Source: Octopus bimaculoides (Eukaryota). From it: DNA of 64,000 nucleotides. Under the pieces are notes generated by a model. It searched no databases. It saw nothing but the letters and a program-made list of their open reading frames with translations, and was not told the origin of the DNA. Position 1 is the first letter of the stretch. Every line of letters begins with the position of its first letter. Shown here one piece after another: positions 25,226-39,289 of the stretch. The position numbers and the translations under genes were made by a program. The DNA lies in NCBI RefSeq assembly GCF_001194135.2, contig NC_068987.1, positions 1,019,351-1,083,350 of the forward strand, in the 5' to 3' direction.

Positions 25226-25420
25226 GCCATTCACTTTAGAAAGAAACCAGTTTCCCGTTCGCCTGTCATATGCAACGGCTATCAATAAATCACAAACATT
25301 TGATAAAGTGGGGTTATTCTTGCTAGAACTAGAATTCGGCCATGGTCAGCTATATGTTACATTCTGAAGGGTTCGCAAATTATTTGATGTGAGAGTTAAA
25401 ATCATCAACACTGACAAACA
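25226..25420 (+). mobile_element. Helitron PIF1-family helicase C-terminal pseudogene fragment
   Basis: [46 protein letters not shown] corresponds to the PIF1 motifs RxQFP...TINKSQGQT...HGQLYVALSRV, with a GQ deletion and a stop. Confidence 0.85.
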
Positions 25421-26178
25421 AGGGAAAAGAAGAGGGAGAACGGACACGAAGATTCTCTACGTCTGTGAAATATTTCGTCAGATTTGGTTTTGGCGGTAAA
25501 TGCCTTCTGAAATTCTCAAACATTCGGTATAGGCATTTAGAAATGGATGGGCTGTATTCGACTACATTTTAGGGCGTGAAGTTACGGTTAAGATATCCTC
25601 GATAATATTATTAACACACCATTTAATTACAGTGCTACTTTAGTTCCACATAACCCATACACGCACATACAAATACATGCATCCACGGATATTCATAAGA
25701 ATGATATAATGGAGGAATTTTTCCTCTCACGCATCAAATCATACACGCTTATATAAATGTGTATAACTGCATGCTTCTTTATACATATATCTATAAAATA
25801 CACACACACTTACATATGCATACAATAAAAAAATGTGTGTGTGTGCGTGTGATTGTGTGTAAACTTTTCGTGTGTGTGTTCCCAATGTGTTCATGCAGCT
25901 TATGTATGCGCGCGTCTGTGTGTGTGCATTTCCAGTTCAATGTTGCATATTCCGACAAAAATAACAAAAGCGAGGACAACGAATGGTAGAACAACAACTA
26001 CAATAACAACAATACAAGCAGCAGCTCAGAAAAGAACGACGACAACAAGAACAAAAAAGAAAACAAGAACAGTTGCATACAAACATAACAACAGCAATAA
26101 CATCCCCCGCGTATAACAGCTACTACAGACACACCAATAGCAATAACAATAATAACAATATTAAACTTACAATAAGGA

Positions 26179-26216
<38 letters not shown>

Positions 26217-26656
26217 ATTCTGATCGTAATGATAAATAATGATAATAATGAATAATGATAACGATAATTTATAATAATAGCATTAGTAATGGAACGCTGT
26301 GATTAGGAATGAAATTTTATGAGAAAGAGAAAAATCGTGAGTGAAATAAATATTGTTTTACAAATATCGTCGTCTTGTGTCGGAATGTTTAATCGCTGGT
26401 ATTTTGTATATTGTTTATGGTTTATTGTGTGTGGGGGAGGAAGAAGAAGAGGTGGTGGAGGTGGTGGTTGTGGTGCTGGCAGTGGTGGTGGTGGTAATGG
26501 GGGTGTTTGTAGTGGAAGTAGAGGGTGGGTGTGGTAATTGTAGTCTGTTGAGCATAGTAGCATTGCTGCTTTTCTTACTGATGGTAATGTTGGTAGTGGT
26601 AGTTGTGTTGGTAGCAGTGGTGGTGAGGTATTCGGGGTGGTGGTGTTGCTATACAT

Positions 26657-27120
<464 letters not shown>

Positions 27121-27556
27121 TAGTAGTAGTAGTTGTTGTTGTTATAGTGGTGGTGTTGTTGGTTGTGGTTGACGAAGGAAGTGGCTGTCGTAGGTATGGT
27201 GAGGTTGGCGGGGTAGTAGTTGCGATGAGGTCATGCTGAATAATGGCAGTATAGGAGGTAGTGGTGGTCGTGATGACAGTGTTATGGTTGTGGTGGCAGT
27301 GTGGTGGTTGTGACCGTCTGATTGCTTGTAGTAGTGGTTGTGATGGTGGGTAGCAGTTTATCCAAGACGAGATTTTGCTGATGGTGGCGCTAGTGATGGC
27401 GCTTTGGGGGTGATGTCGAAGCTAGTGGTTGTGCTGTTAGTTATATGTAGCAGTAGTTGTGGTGGAAGTAGTGGTTTTCATGGTGGTGGTGGTGGTAGTG
27501 TTCTTACTTTTCAATAATATTTTTATGTATCTTCTCGTTTTTGGCGGAGACCATAA

Positions 27557-27612
27557 AATGCCGCTAAGCATTTTGCCCCGTGTGCAAACGATTCTGCCAG
27601 CTCGCCGCCTTA
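27557..27612 (-). mobile_element. SINE family B 5' head
   Basis: The reverse complement is taaggcggcgagctggcagaatcgtttgcacacggggcaaaatgcttagcggcattt. Confidence 0.8.
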
Positions 27613-27799
27613 GCAACAACAAGAACAACAAAAACAACAACATCAATAACAATAACAACAAGAACAATAATAGTAGTAATAAAGATGATGATGATGATCA
27701 TAATGGTGATGATGATGATAATGGTAATGATGGCCGCGCTGATGATGATTTCGGCACAAGACGAGTAATTATGAGGGTAGGAATTCGACGATCCTATCA

Positions 27800-27915
27800 A
27801 CTTCGGTATTTGACTGGTACCGTACTTTATCGATCTCGGATCAATGAAAGGTATAGATTAGCTCCCAACGAAATCTGGACGCAGAACGTGAGGCATATTT
27901 CTGACGCTCTACCGA
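27800..27915 (-). mobile_element. SINE family B, diverged copy
   Basis: tttatcgatctcgg...tgaaagg...cagaacgt is the reverse complement of the family B core. Confidence 0.55.
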
Positions 27916-28377
27916 TTTAAAGTGTAAGTGGAAGAGCATGTATTTGGTGGGCGATGCTTAACACTGATTATATTCAATCCATTTATTTGACTGAATGGTT
28001 GTTTATCGATCCTGTTGGTGAAAAGAAAGTCAATCTCGTTGAAAAGTGAATTCAAAATAAACATAAACTATGAGAAGAACATTTTGTGCCGCATCTCCGC
28101 CGCTGTGCCGATTCTACCAAATCACAACATTTCTTTTGCCATTCTCCGAATGGTTTTTGATTTTATATCGAGGTCGATGAAAGGAAGTACCAGTCATGTA
28201 CAGGGGGTGTAAATAAGTGACCAACACCTCGCCCTTCATAGAGCTGGCTTTGTGTCAAAATAGGAATCCGCTGCAATACCGCAAAGAGAAATCATGGAAT
28301 AAGTAAAGAATTATAAAAGAAGAACGAAATCAGTAACGAAAACGGATAAAAAAGAGACGTGTTTCTTCCGGGAAGAA

Positions 28378-28423
<46 letters not shown>

Positions 28424-29101
28424 GGAAAATAATACGAATATAAAAGCAGAAAATCCGAAAGTAAATAAGATGTGATAAGTTGTTTAGTGACGAGAAAGAC
28501 GGTTTGTGGAGATAAGCGAGAATTTGCTTGAGGGAAGCAGGACCTGTGTATTGTTGTGTGATGGATAAGGTGAGATGAATAGACAGATGGTTGGATGGAT
28601 AGATAGACAGAGAGAGAGGGAGAGAAGGAGAGGGGGTAGATAGAAGGACAAATAGATAGAGGGAGAGAGAGAATGCGAGGAAGAGAGTAAAGAATAAGTG
28701 AGATTAAAGCGAAGAGAGAAAGAGAGAGAAGATGTAAAGGAGGAACGGAAGGAAATAGTTCGAAAGAGAGAAAGAGAGGGAGAGAGAGAAAGAGAGAGAG
28801 AGAGAGAGAAGTTGTTAGGTAGTGAGGGTTAAACGTGAGAAACTCGGACACAGTCATATGCGCCAACACAAATATACATATACAAGCACGCAGTCATATA
28901 TGTATGTATGTATGCATTTATGTATGTATATATACAAATATATCTATATGAACACACACAAAGGTTTTCATATGCATATATATATATATATGCATATATA
29001 TATATATACATTTCCATGTATACATATAAATATATATATTCATATGAAAAGATTTGCGTGAATGTGTGTATATATGTGTGTGTGTGTGTGTNNNNNNNNN
29101 N

Positions 29102-29136
<35 letters not shown>

Positions 29137-29535
29137 AAAAGAAAGGGGGGGAAAAATAGACTGACAAAGAGCGAGAGAGTTAGAAGAATGGAGAGAACAT
29201 CAAAATGACAAATTAAAGTAGACCACCCGATATATATTTCACTAACAACATATTAACTCCACAAGAGAACGATGTTGTTCTTATTTAACCTACCCTCCAA
29301 TCCCTTTGTGTTGCTGTTCCCCTAAAATGAGAAACAAAAAAAAAAAAAACACAAACTAGCTACAATCTTGCATAACCTTAAGGAAATTGCTTAATCGCCT
29401 CTCTGGGTTATCGAAATCGTTAACGTTTTGCCATCTTTTCAAAGCAACCAATAAACGCCATACTGCCAAAATTGTGTGCGTGTAATTGTCAATGTCTGTG
29501 TGTCTTAGTGTGTTTAGCAAAGATTATATAAGTGT

Positions 29536-29583
<48 letters not shown>

Positions 29584-29848
29584 GTGTGTAAATATATAAA
29601 CATATACGTTTATGTATATACATGTTATATATATATATGTATATATCAACGTGTGCTTTGATAATATCTTTTTTTTCTTTGTTGCATTTTATTTCTGGTT
29701 TCTTGGTAAGCTTCTAGATTTTTCCGTTTCCAGATTACACAATCATATCCTTGACATTGTGATAAGGTCTTAAACTTCATTTTGTTCTTATGATGTTGTG
29801 CTCTGGGCCTTGGCTCAATGTCTCTTTCTCTGTTTCTCTCTCACTCTC

Positions 29849-29890
<42 letters not shown>

Positions 29891-30223
29891 ATGCACACAC
29901 AGAAAGAGGCCCCCACACTACCTTTATTTGCACAATTTGATTTTTGCAACTCATTTCTTTTCTGCGGATTCATATATATGGTTATATGCACAACTACACA
30001 CATACATACATACAAACATATCCATGCATGTATTTACATACATATATATACACGCGTGTGTGTGTGCGATTGTACGGCAGTGTGATTGCATGAGCGGGTG
30101 TGTGAAAATGTATACACTATAATCGCGAAAGTGTGTACTGATCACCATTTTTACCAAACGTACCCAATTACACAAACACTCATTCATATATGCTATATAT
30201 AGCTATATCTACCTATCTATCTC

Positions 30224-30299
<76 letters not shown>

Positions 30300-30529
30300 G
30301 CATATATATATACGTACATATGACTTCTTACGAATCGTAACTCACAACGCTACGCATTGATGTAGAAAGGTTTAATAGAATTTAAGCTACATTTGCACAG
30401 ACGTTGATTTAAATGTGACTATTAGCACCGAATAGAGTTCGGGCAATGCCTTGCATTGTAGCATGTTAACACTACCTCTACAAACATTCATACGTGTACT
30501 CCATATGCATACACATATATTCTGAGTAC

Positions 30530-31270
30530 CACTAGATAAATTTCTCGTCGTCCTCTGACATATAACTTTTATAGAATTATCGAAAGAATAGTTCCAAACA
30601 GATTTAGCGAAAAAGTAGTACACAAAGTGTACGCGCCATTCAAACACTGTGGCAGATCTAACAGCAAGAAGGTAACTTGGTTTAAACCACCAATAAACTT
30701 GAAAATAGTCCCATATAACTAGTATACTATGATAACATTTTCCGCTGATGCATATATACAACAAAAAGGTTTAACATTGCTAACTTTAAGGTCACCTACA
30801 TCTGTTATCCTCAAATGACACACTGCAAGTGATCATACACTCTACAACTACTAATAGACACCTGGTCGAATCAATACCTTACATATAACTGCAGAAATCC
30901 TCATATATACAAGTAGAGTAAATAAACACAACAGTAATACATAGTGAACATTGCAAATCTACTTCACCTCGAACACATTTCAATGTTATATGACACACAT
31001 CTGCTTCTATTCTGTCTTTATCATACGGAAAACGCCAATTTCTTGTTTTCATTCGTTTGCAGTCTCAGAAGACATAGATCGGAACATTTTCGAATTACAC
31101 GAAACTTTGCCGACAAAGTTACACCCTACCCCAATGATTCTCGGAACTGCAGGTTATGCGTCACTGCAAAATTACTGATATGAAGACAAGCAACAATATC
31201 ACTTAATCTAAGATCAGAGATATTTTCTAGCTGTCGATATAGGAGAAATTTCCTTTTAAACAACTTCTAT
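30530..31270 (+). mobile_element. Penelope-like element remnant (RT-EN linker through GIY-YIG C-terminus)
   Basis: SKKVTWFKPP (IIWFNPP), RFNIANFKVTYIC (FNRNxVKVSYSC), DKVTPYPNDSRNCRLCVTAKLLI and SLNLRSEIFSSCRYRRNFLLNNF occur in the expected order across frameshifts. Confidence 0.8.
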
Positions 31271-31599
31271 ATTCCTAATGTAATCCTACAAGCGACACTC
31301 AATAAATGCCATTAAATATCGGAAACTTGTTGACCACAAATCTGGATTGATTCCTTTCCGTTACTGCCATTCCAGTGCAGCCAATAAATACATGTTTGAG
31401 TGTTTATTTCGATTTTGTATTGCAATAGGAGAATCGCTTTCTTGGGTAATGCATTTTGTGAGCAATTTTATACACTAAAAAAAGCAGGACCCTCTCGTAT
31501 ATTTCTAAGACTTTGTTTTGTGATGTGTAACAGTGTTTTGCGATTGCTCCTCATCGTAAATGAATAGCAAACTCCGGAGAGAGGAATATAATAGTATTT

Positions 31600-31635
<36 letters not shown>

Positions 31636-32003
31636 ACTGACACAAATACCACATCTGCTACCAATACCAGTGCCAGCACCAGCAACAACAATAGANNNNN
31701 NNNNNATACAAACAAACACAGGTATACACACACATAAATAAATTATAAACCTTCAAAGATAATAGTATACATAAAAGCAAAGAAGATTGATGAATTAAAT
31801 GACGAGGTACCAGACTATGGTATAATGTTGAAATTTTATTGAGAGCCACTAAGAAATCTCTACCAAATTAAATATCACATACAATATAACGAACTGTATT
31901 TGTTACTATAGGCAGAATGCAAAGTCGATTTCAGCAGCGTTTGAACTTAGAACATTAATACAGAGAAAATACTGCTAAGCTTATGTGTACACACACACAC
32001 ACA

Positions 32004-32053
<50 letters not shown>

Positions 32054-32333
32054 NNNNNNNNNNNNNNNNNNNNNNNNNNNNNNNNNNNNNNNNNNNNNNN
32101 NNNNNNNNNNNNNNNNNNNNNNNNNNNNNNNNNNNNNNNNNNNNNNNNNNNNNNNNNNNNNNNNNNNNNNNNNNNNNNNNNNNNNNNNNNNNNNNNNNNN
32201 NNNNNNNNNNNNNNNNNNNNNNNNNNNNNNNNNNNNNNNNNNNNNNNNNNNNNNNNNNNNNNNNNNNNNNNNNNNNNNNNNNNNNNNNNNNNNNNNNNNN
32301 NNNNNNNNNNNNNNNNNNNNNNNNNNNNNNNNN
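32054..32333. other. assembly gap (N)
   Basis: N run between (CA)n and (TA)n. Confidence 1.
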
Positions 32334-32416
<83 letters not shown>

Positions 32417-33368
32417 GTGCATGCATGCATTCATGTATGAATGTATGTATTCATGTATGTGTATTATGATATTTTATCTTATCACAAGTCAATTGCTAGA
32501 CATTCAAGATTGGTGGCGCCTTGGACAAATTCTATTGTCTTTGACCAACGCTGAATATGTAAAATGAAACTATATATTTACTAGGTTATCTTAGAACATT
32601 TGGTTGTTTGTCATGTTCATTTTTACCTGACCCTCGGCATAGTTTGACGTTGATCTTGTACTGCAAAGATCTACATTCTTGCTTTCATATCTTTCAACTC
32701 GAAACTATGTAACATTTGATATATCCCTCAGTATTTATTATCGTGAATTGGTCAATCAACACAGTCGTTCTTCATATTTTTCCACTGACCTTATGACCGT
32801 TTTCTTCAATGCTACATTCTGTTGGTTTATATTCGCCACATTTTGAAAAATGTTTTTTCCCCCACTACAATCTCGTACCATGTATAAAATTATGAGTACA
32901 ATTTCGTTGAAAGGGACATTGTGCAATTCTGATAGACAAAACCCGATTGCTCATGAGTTGTAAACTTAATTTATTGCTCATTTTAATCTGCAACATATTT
33001 GTGTTCGTTTTTATGCACACGAAAAACAAAAAGCACATTGCATTCACTCAATGTTAGTGCTAATTATAATGAAAACAACCGTATTGGCAGTAACTCGAAG
33101 TTTCGTCGTTATTTCATGCATCTTGAAAGGTAGCAAGCTATCAGAATAATTGGAATATATTATCAAAAGGTAACATTGGAATTAGAATTTGCCTATACAG
33201 TTTTTAAATCTTGAAAATAAAAGTTGAAACACACACACACACATGTATTCCTACACATGTACACGCATTCACATGTAGATAGAGACACACACATGTAGAG
33301 GCAGAAGGGAATGGAGAGATAGAGAAAAAGAGACAAACTGACAGATAGATAAATAGACATGTATGCAT

Positions 33369-33528
33369 GAGAAGTGGCTATGTGGTAAGTAGCTCGCTTA
33401 CCAACCACAGGGTTGCAGGTTCAATCCACTGCGTGGCACCTTGGGCAAGCGTCTTCTACTATAGCCTCGGTCCGACGAAAGCCTTCTGAGTGGATTTGGT
33501 AGACGGAAACTGAAAGAAGCCCGTCGTA
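33369..33528 (+). mobile_element. tRNA-type SINE, family A (well preserved 5' half)
   Basis: A-box-like TGGCTATGTGG and B box GGTTCAATCC, then ggcaccttgggcaagcgtcttctactatagcctcgg (CORE-like block) and tttggtagacggaaactgaaagaagcccgtcg. Confidence 0.9.
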
Positions 33529-33549
33529 TATATATATATATATATATAT

Positions 33550-34545
33550 NNNNNNNNNNNNNNNNNNNNNNNNNNNNNNNNNNNNNNNNNNNNNNNNNNN
33601 NNNNNNNNNNNNNNNNNNNNNNNNNNNNNNNNNNNNNNNNNNNNNNNNNNNNNNNNNNNNNNNNNNNNNNNNNNNNNNNNNNNNNNNNNNNNNNNNNNNN
33701 NNNNNNNNNNNNNNNNNNNNNNNNNNNNNNNNNNNNNNNNNNNNNNNNNNNNNNNNNNNNNNNNNNNNNNNNNNNNNNNNNNNNNNNNNNNNNNNNNNNN
33801 NNNNNNNNNNNNNNNNNNNNNNNNNNNNNNNNNNNNNNNNNNNNNNNNNNNNNNNNNNNNNNNNNNNNNNNNNNNNNNNNNNNNNNNNNNNNNNNNNNNN
33901 NNNNNNNNNNNNNNNNNNNNNNNNNNNNNNNNNNNNNNNNNNNNNNNNNNNNNNNNNNNNNNNNNNNNNNNNNNNNNNNNNNNNNNNNNNNNNNNNNNNN
34001 NNNNNNNNNNNNNNNNNNNNNNNNNNNNNNNNNNNNNNNNNNNNNNNNNNNNNNNNNNNNNNNNNNNNNNNNNNNNNNNNNNNNNNNNNNNNNNNNNNNN
34101 NNNNNNNNNNNNNNNNNNNNNNNNNNNNNNNNNNNNNNNNNNNNNNNNNNNNNNNNNNNNNNNNNNNNNNNNNNNNNNNNNNNNNNNNNNNNNNNNNNNN
34201 NNNNNNNNNNNNNNNNNNNNNNNNNNNNNNNNNNNNNNNNNNNNNNNNNNNNNNNNNNNNNNNNNNNNNNNNNNNNNNNNNNNNNNNNNNNNNNNNNNNN
34301 NNNNNNNNNNNNNNNNNNNNNNNNNNNNNNNNNNNNNNNNNNNNNNNNNNNNNNNNNNNNNNNNNNNNNNNNNNNNNNNNNNNNNNNNNNNNNNNNNNNN
34401 NNNNNNNNNNNNNNNNNNNNNNNNNNNNNNNNNNNNNNNNNNNNNNNNNNNNNNNNNNNNNNNNNNNNNNNNNNNNNNNNNNNNNNNNNNNNNNNNNNNN
34501 NNNNNNNNNNNNNNNNNNNNNNNNNNNNNNNNNNNNNNNNNNNNN

Positions 34546-34546
<1 letters not shown>
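33550..34546. other. assembly gap (N)
   Basis: N run. Confidence 1.
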
Positions 34547-34597
<51 letters not shown>

Positions 34598-34978
34598 TCT
34601 GCACAGTAAAGAGATTTAATCGACTACTAAGTTTTTTTATGAGCAAGCTACCAAGTCCAAGCCATAGAAAAATTCAGAAACAAACCGAAAGTCGTAACTA
34701 CACCAGACATTACACATCTGCCATATAAATATAGCTTATATCAAGTCTATTCAAGTGTCGTCAAATGTTTATTAAAGAAAGATGAGAACACGTGATTAGA
34801 AATCTTAGGAAACAGTTCGGAAAATGCATTGCAGCTTATCAAAAATAAATAAATAAAACTAACGCTAATAATGTAAACGTAAAATGCTAAAATTTTTAAA
34901 ATTCTGCAACGAGTATAACAATATTTAATTTTAAAACAATACTGGTTAAACTTTTTCTTTTTGCGGCTACAAATGGGC

Positions 34979-35021
<43 letters not shown>

Positions 35022-35604
35022 NNNNNNNNNNNNNNNNNNNNNNNNNNNNNNNNNNNNNNNNNNNNNNNNNNNNNNNNNNNNNNNNNNNNNNNNNNNNNNN
35101 NNNNNNNNNNNNNNNNNNNNNNNNNNNNNNNNNNNNNNNNNNNNNNNNNNNNNNNNNNNNNNNNNNNNNNNNNNNNNNNNNNNNNNNNNNNNNNNNNNNN
35201 NNNNNNNNNNNNNNNNNNNNNNNNNNNNNNNNNNNNNNNNNNNNNNNNNNNNNNNNNNNNNNNNNNNNNNNNNNNNNNNNNNNNNNNNNNNNNNNNNNNN
35301 NNNNNNNNNNNNNNNNNNNNNNNNNNNNNNNNNNNNNNNNNNNNNNNNNNNNNNNNNNNNNNNNNNNNNNNNNNNNNNNNNNNNNNNNNNNNNNNNNNNN
35401 NNNNNNNNNNNNNNNNNNNNNNNNNNNNNNNNNNNNNNNNNNNNNNNNNNNNNNNNNNNNNNNNNNNNNNNNNNNNNNNNNNNNNNNNNNNNNNNNNNNN
35501 NNNNNNNNNNNNNNNNNNNNNNNNNNNNNNNNNNNNNNNNNNNNNNNNNNNNNNNNNNNNNNNNNNNNNNNNNNNNNNNNNNNNNNNNNNNNNNNNNNNN
35601 NNNN
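35022..35604. other. assembly gap (N)
   Basis: N run. Confidence 1.
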
Positions 35605-35658
<54 letters not shown>

Positions 35659-36152
35659 GGAGATAAATGTATGTATTATGTACGTGTATTGAGTATATAG
35701 TCCGGTTATTGCTTTGTTGGCCGAAACTTCGAAATCGCCTTAAATACTATTCTTGTCAAAGAATAGTAAATTCGCACTCCTTCAAATGTACTGAATAACC
35801 CTACATTGACTTTAATTTTATTTTATTGCGTTATAAAAGTAAACATTTACACAAACACTTATGTATATATTTATATATTTTTTGAAAATTTTATATATAT
35901 CACTTTTATTGAGTATATTTTACCGTTACTGTGTATGTAATGATTATTAAATAAATATTCTAAATATTCTATTCGTCTACCCATACTTTCTCAGCATATA
36001 TGTGTCAGGTAATATGCATGTGTGCGTGTTCTTGTTGTGTGTGTGTGTGTGTATCAATATACGATTGCGTTTGTGCGATTATTTGTAAATGTGTATGTGG
36101 CATGCACGTATGTATGCGTGCGTGTATGCATACATATATATACTTCTCACAT

Positions 36153-36190
<38 letters not shown>

Positions 36191-36599
36191 ATGTGAGAGG
36201 TACACTTTACACGACTTATCTCTCCGCCATTACTATACAAGATCACCCAACACTAATCCTATTAATGTCACCAGTCAACACGATAATATTTTCAAGTCAT
36301 ATATTGTTACACATGAGCTCACAAATGAAGCGACAATTTCTCTTGCACTACTCTCCATACACTATTGGTGTGGCTCGTCTTCGATTGGTATCTGTCAGCA
36401 CCATAACCATATATTCCATGATTTAACGATGATGGTTGGCCTATTGAGATATCATATTTATTGTAACATACGCTTGCAAATATCATTATATGTTAAGTTA
36501 TACCTCCGTAGCTACTTGTAATATCTGTTCCCTATCCGTGCTTACATATGCTTACGTGTGTGCGCGTATACACATGCATGCATATATATGTATGTAATC

Positions 36600-36630
<31 letters not shown>

Positions 36631-36730
36631 GGCTTGAATATGGTACTTATGCGTAGGCACCCGAATATCGCATCCCAAAAGGATAGGTGATTAAAATCAA
36701 AAAATAAGCAACACGGATTTCAAAGGTTAT

Positions 36731-36819
36731 TGCAGTACGCACGTTTCATGCTACTTCAATTTATTTAAGTAATGCGAGCATTACCTTAAATGCAATATGA
36801 AGAGCAATCTTCAGCTGCA
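36731..36819 (-). ncRNA. type I hammerhead ribozyme, essentially intact, with long stem II
   Basis: Minus strand: stem I TGCAG/CTGCA, core CTGAAGA and GAAA, stem III ACG/CGT, GUA cleavage triplet, and a ~60-nt stem II hairpin (TGCT/AGCA, CTTCA/TGAAG, TTTAA/TTAAA, GTAATG/CATTAC). Confidence 0.8.
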
Positions 36820-36905
36820 CGAAAAATGCAGAAAAAATTACTGTAGAAAAGACATATTATAAATGTGGCAACATTTCAAATCCAAGTGGGAGAGAGGATA
36901 GCATG

Positions 36906-37891
36906 NNNNNNNNNNNNNNNNNNNNNNNNNNNNNNNNNNNNNNNNNNNNNNNNNNNNNNNNNNNNNNNNNNNNNNNNNNNNNNNNNNNNNNNNNNNNNNN
37001 NNNNNNNNNNNNNNNNNNNNNNNNNNNNNNNNNNNNNNNNNNNNNNNNNNNNNNNNNNNNNNNNNNNNNNNNNNNNNNNNNNNNNNNNNNNNNNNNNNNN
37101 NNNNNNNNNNNNNNNNNNNNNNNNNNNNNNNNNNNNNNNNNNNNNNNNNNNNNNNNNNNNNNNNNNNNNNNNNNNNNNNNNNNNNNNNNNNNNNNNNNNN
37201 NNNNNNNNNNNNNNNNNNNNNNNNNNNNNNNNNNNNNNNNNNNNNNNNNNNNNNNNNNNNNNNNNNNNNNNNNNNNNNNNNNNNNNNNNNNNNNNNNNNN
37301 NNNNNNNNNNNNNNNNNNNNNNNNNNNNNNNNNNNNNNNNNNNNNNNNNNNNNNNNNNNNNNNNNNNNNNNNNNNNNNNNNNNNNNNNNNNNNNNNNNNN
37401 NNNNNNNNNNNNNNNNNNNNNNNNNNNNNNNNNNNNNNNNNNNNNNNNNNNNNNNNNNNNNNNNNNNNNNNNNNNNNNNNNNNNNNNNNNNNNNNNNNNN
37501 NNNNNNNNNNNNNNNNNNNNNNNNNNNNNNNNNNNNNNNNNNNNNNNNNNNNNNNNNNNNNNNNNNNNNNNNNNNNNNNNNNNNNNNNNNNNNNNNNNNN
37601 NNNNNNNNNNNNNNNNNNNNNNNNNNNNNNNNNNNNNNNNNNNNNNNNNNNNNNNNNNNNNNNNNNNNNNNNNNNNNNNNNNNNNNNNNNNNNNNNNNNN
37701 NNNNNNNNNNNNNNNNNNNNNNNNNNNNNNNNNNNNNNNNNNNNNNNNNNNNNNNNNNNNNNNNNNNNNNNNNNNNNNNNNNNNNNNNNNNNNNNNNNNN
37801 NNNNNNNNNNNNNNNNNNNNNNNNNNNNNNNNNNNNNNNNNNNNNNNNNNNNNNNNNNNNNNNNNNNNNNNNNNNNNNNNNNNNNNNNNNN
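36906..37891. other. assembly gap (N)
   Basis: N run. Confidence 1.
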
Positions 37892-37937
<46 letters not shown>

Positions 37938-37949
37938 GTTTGTGTGTTT

Positions 37950-38032
37950 GCTCGACTAAAGGCGGTGCTCCAGCATGGCCACTGTCAAATGACTGAAACA
38001 AGTAAAAGAGTAAAAGAAAAAGAAAGAATATA
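37950..38032 (+). mobile_element. SINE 3' tail fragment (probably family A)
   Basis: gctcgactaaaggcggtgctccagcatggccactgtcaaatgactgaaacaagtaaaagag; an inverted relative lies at ~22630-22695. Confidence 0.6.
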
Positions 38033-38173
38033 TATTGACTATATTTCTATATTGAAATAATAATCCCTACAACATCTTTCCTGTTTCTTTGACATTAAAC
38101 TTTGTCTGCAGGAATCACAAAATGAATTCCTCACACACACACACACACGCGCGCACACACACACATACCTATG

Positions 38174-38207
<34 letters not shown>

Positions 38208-39250
38208 TGACTTCGTTTTGAGAACAACTCGATCCCCTTTTGTAGAGCTTTTAAATGATTCAACCAGAAAACCTGCTTCCTCTCCCACCCTAATCTCTCA
38301 ATCTCGAAAAAGCCAACAAAAAAGGTCACCGGCGCTGATATTCCTCTTCTGGCTAAGCAATATTAAAAACAAGACCAATGCATTATTACAATATATAAAA
38401 ATGTTGGTGGATCAATAACATTGATTAGTTGTGTATCTTTTAGTCAGTTACGCATTATTCCTACTCTTTTTCCTTCTCGTTTTCTTCTTTTCCTCTTACT
38501 TTCCGTTCTGCCATTGTGTAACGATTACTAAATCTTTATTTCATGTAAATGTATTGAGCGTAATCAATTAAAACAGAGACATTTTTACCTCATTATGCTC
38601 CAGTAACCTTTCTCACCCAACATTTAAGTGGAAAACGGCTAATTAGAATAATAAAATGAATTTAAATACAAGTATGTCTCTAAGTAGTTGGATTTGCCAA
38701 TACTTATCTAATTTAGATTTAATATTGATAATATAACTAAAATATTTTTTGCCAGCTTATAGAGTAATTTAGAAATAAATAAAAATACAAATTACCTACT
38801 TATCTCCGCTACTTCTTTCCCTCTTTACAAGAAGTAAATGAACCCGGATGTATCGAACATTCATGTAGCTTTTCGGTTCTAAACTATTAAACAACAGTTG
38901 TCCAATGAATTAAATTAGAAGATTTTTAAAGGGATTTTGTTTTCGTTTTGTTATACAGAAGTAGAAAAAATAAACCCAAAACAAATCACTCGAAATCGGA
39001 TTTAATAAAGAATAAATACTTCCTAGATGCCATTTTTGAATTCTATTCAAGTATGTCAAAGAATTATATTCTAATTCACAGAGATCTTCGGAATCATTCG
39101 ACTGTTCCATTACTGAACTAAGCGCCAATATGTCTAGCGGATTTGAGTGACACAAAATTTATATTTTCATAACCTCTAGCTATATACAGAGTTTCCGAGT
39201 CAAACAGAAAAGGACGGCGTGTTGAATAAAGGCAATGGCGCTGTGTTTGC

Positions 39251-39289
<39 letters not shown>

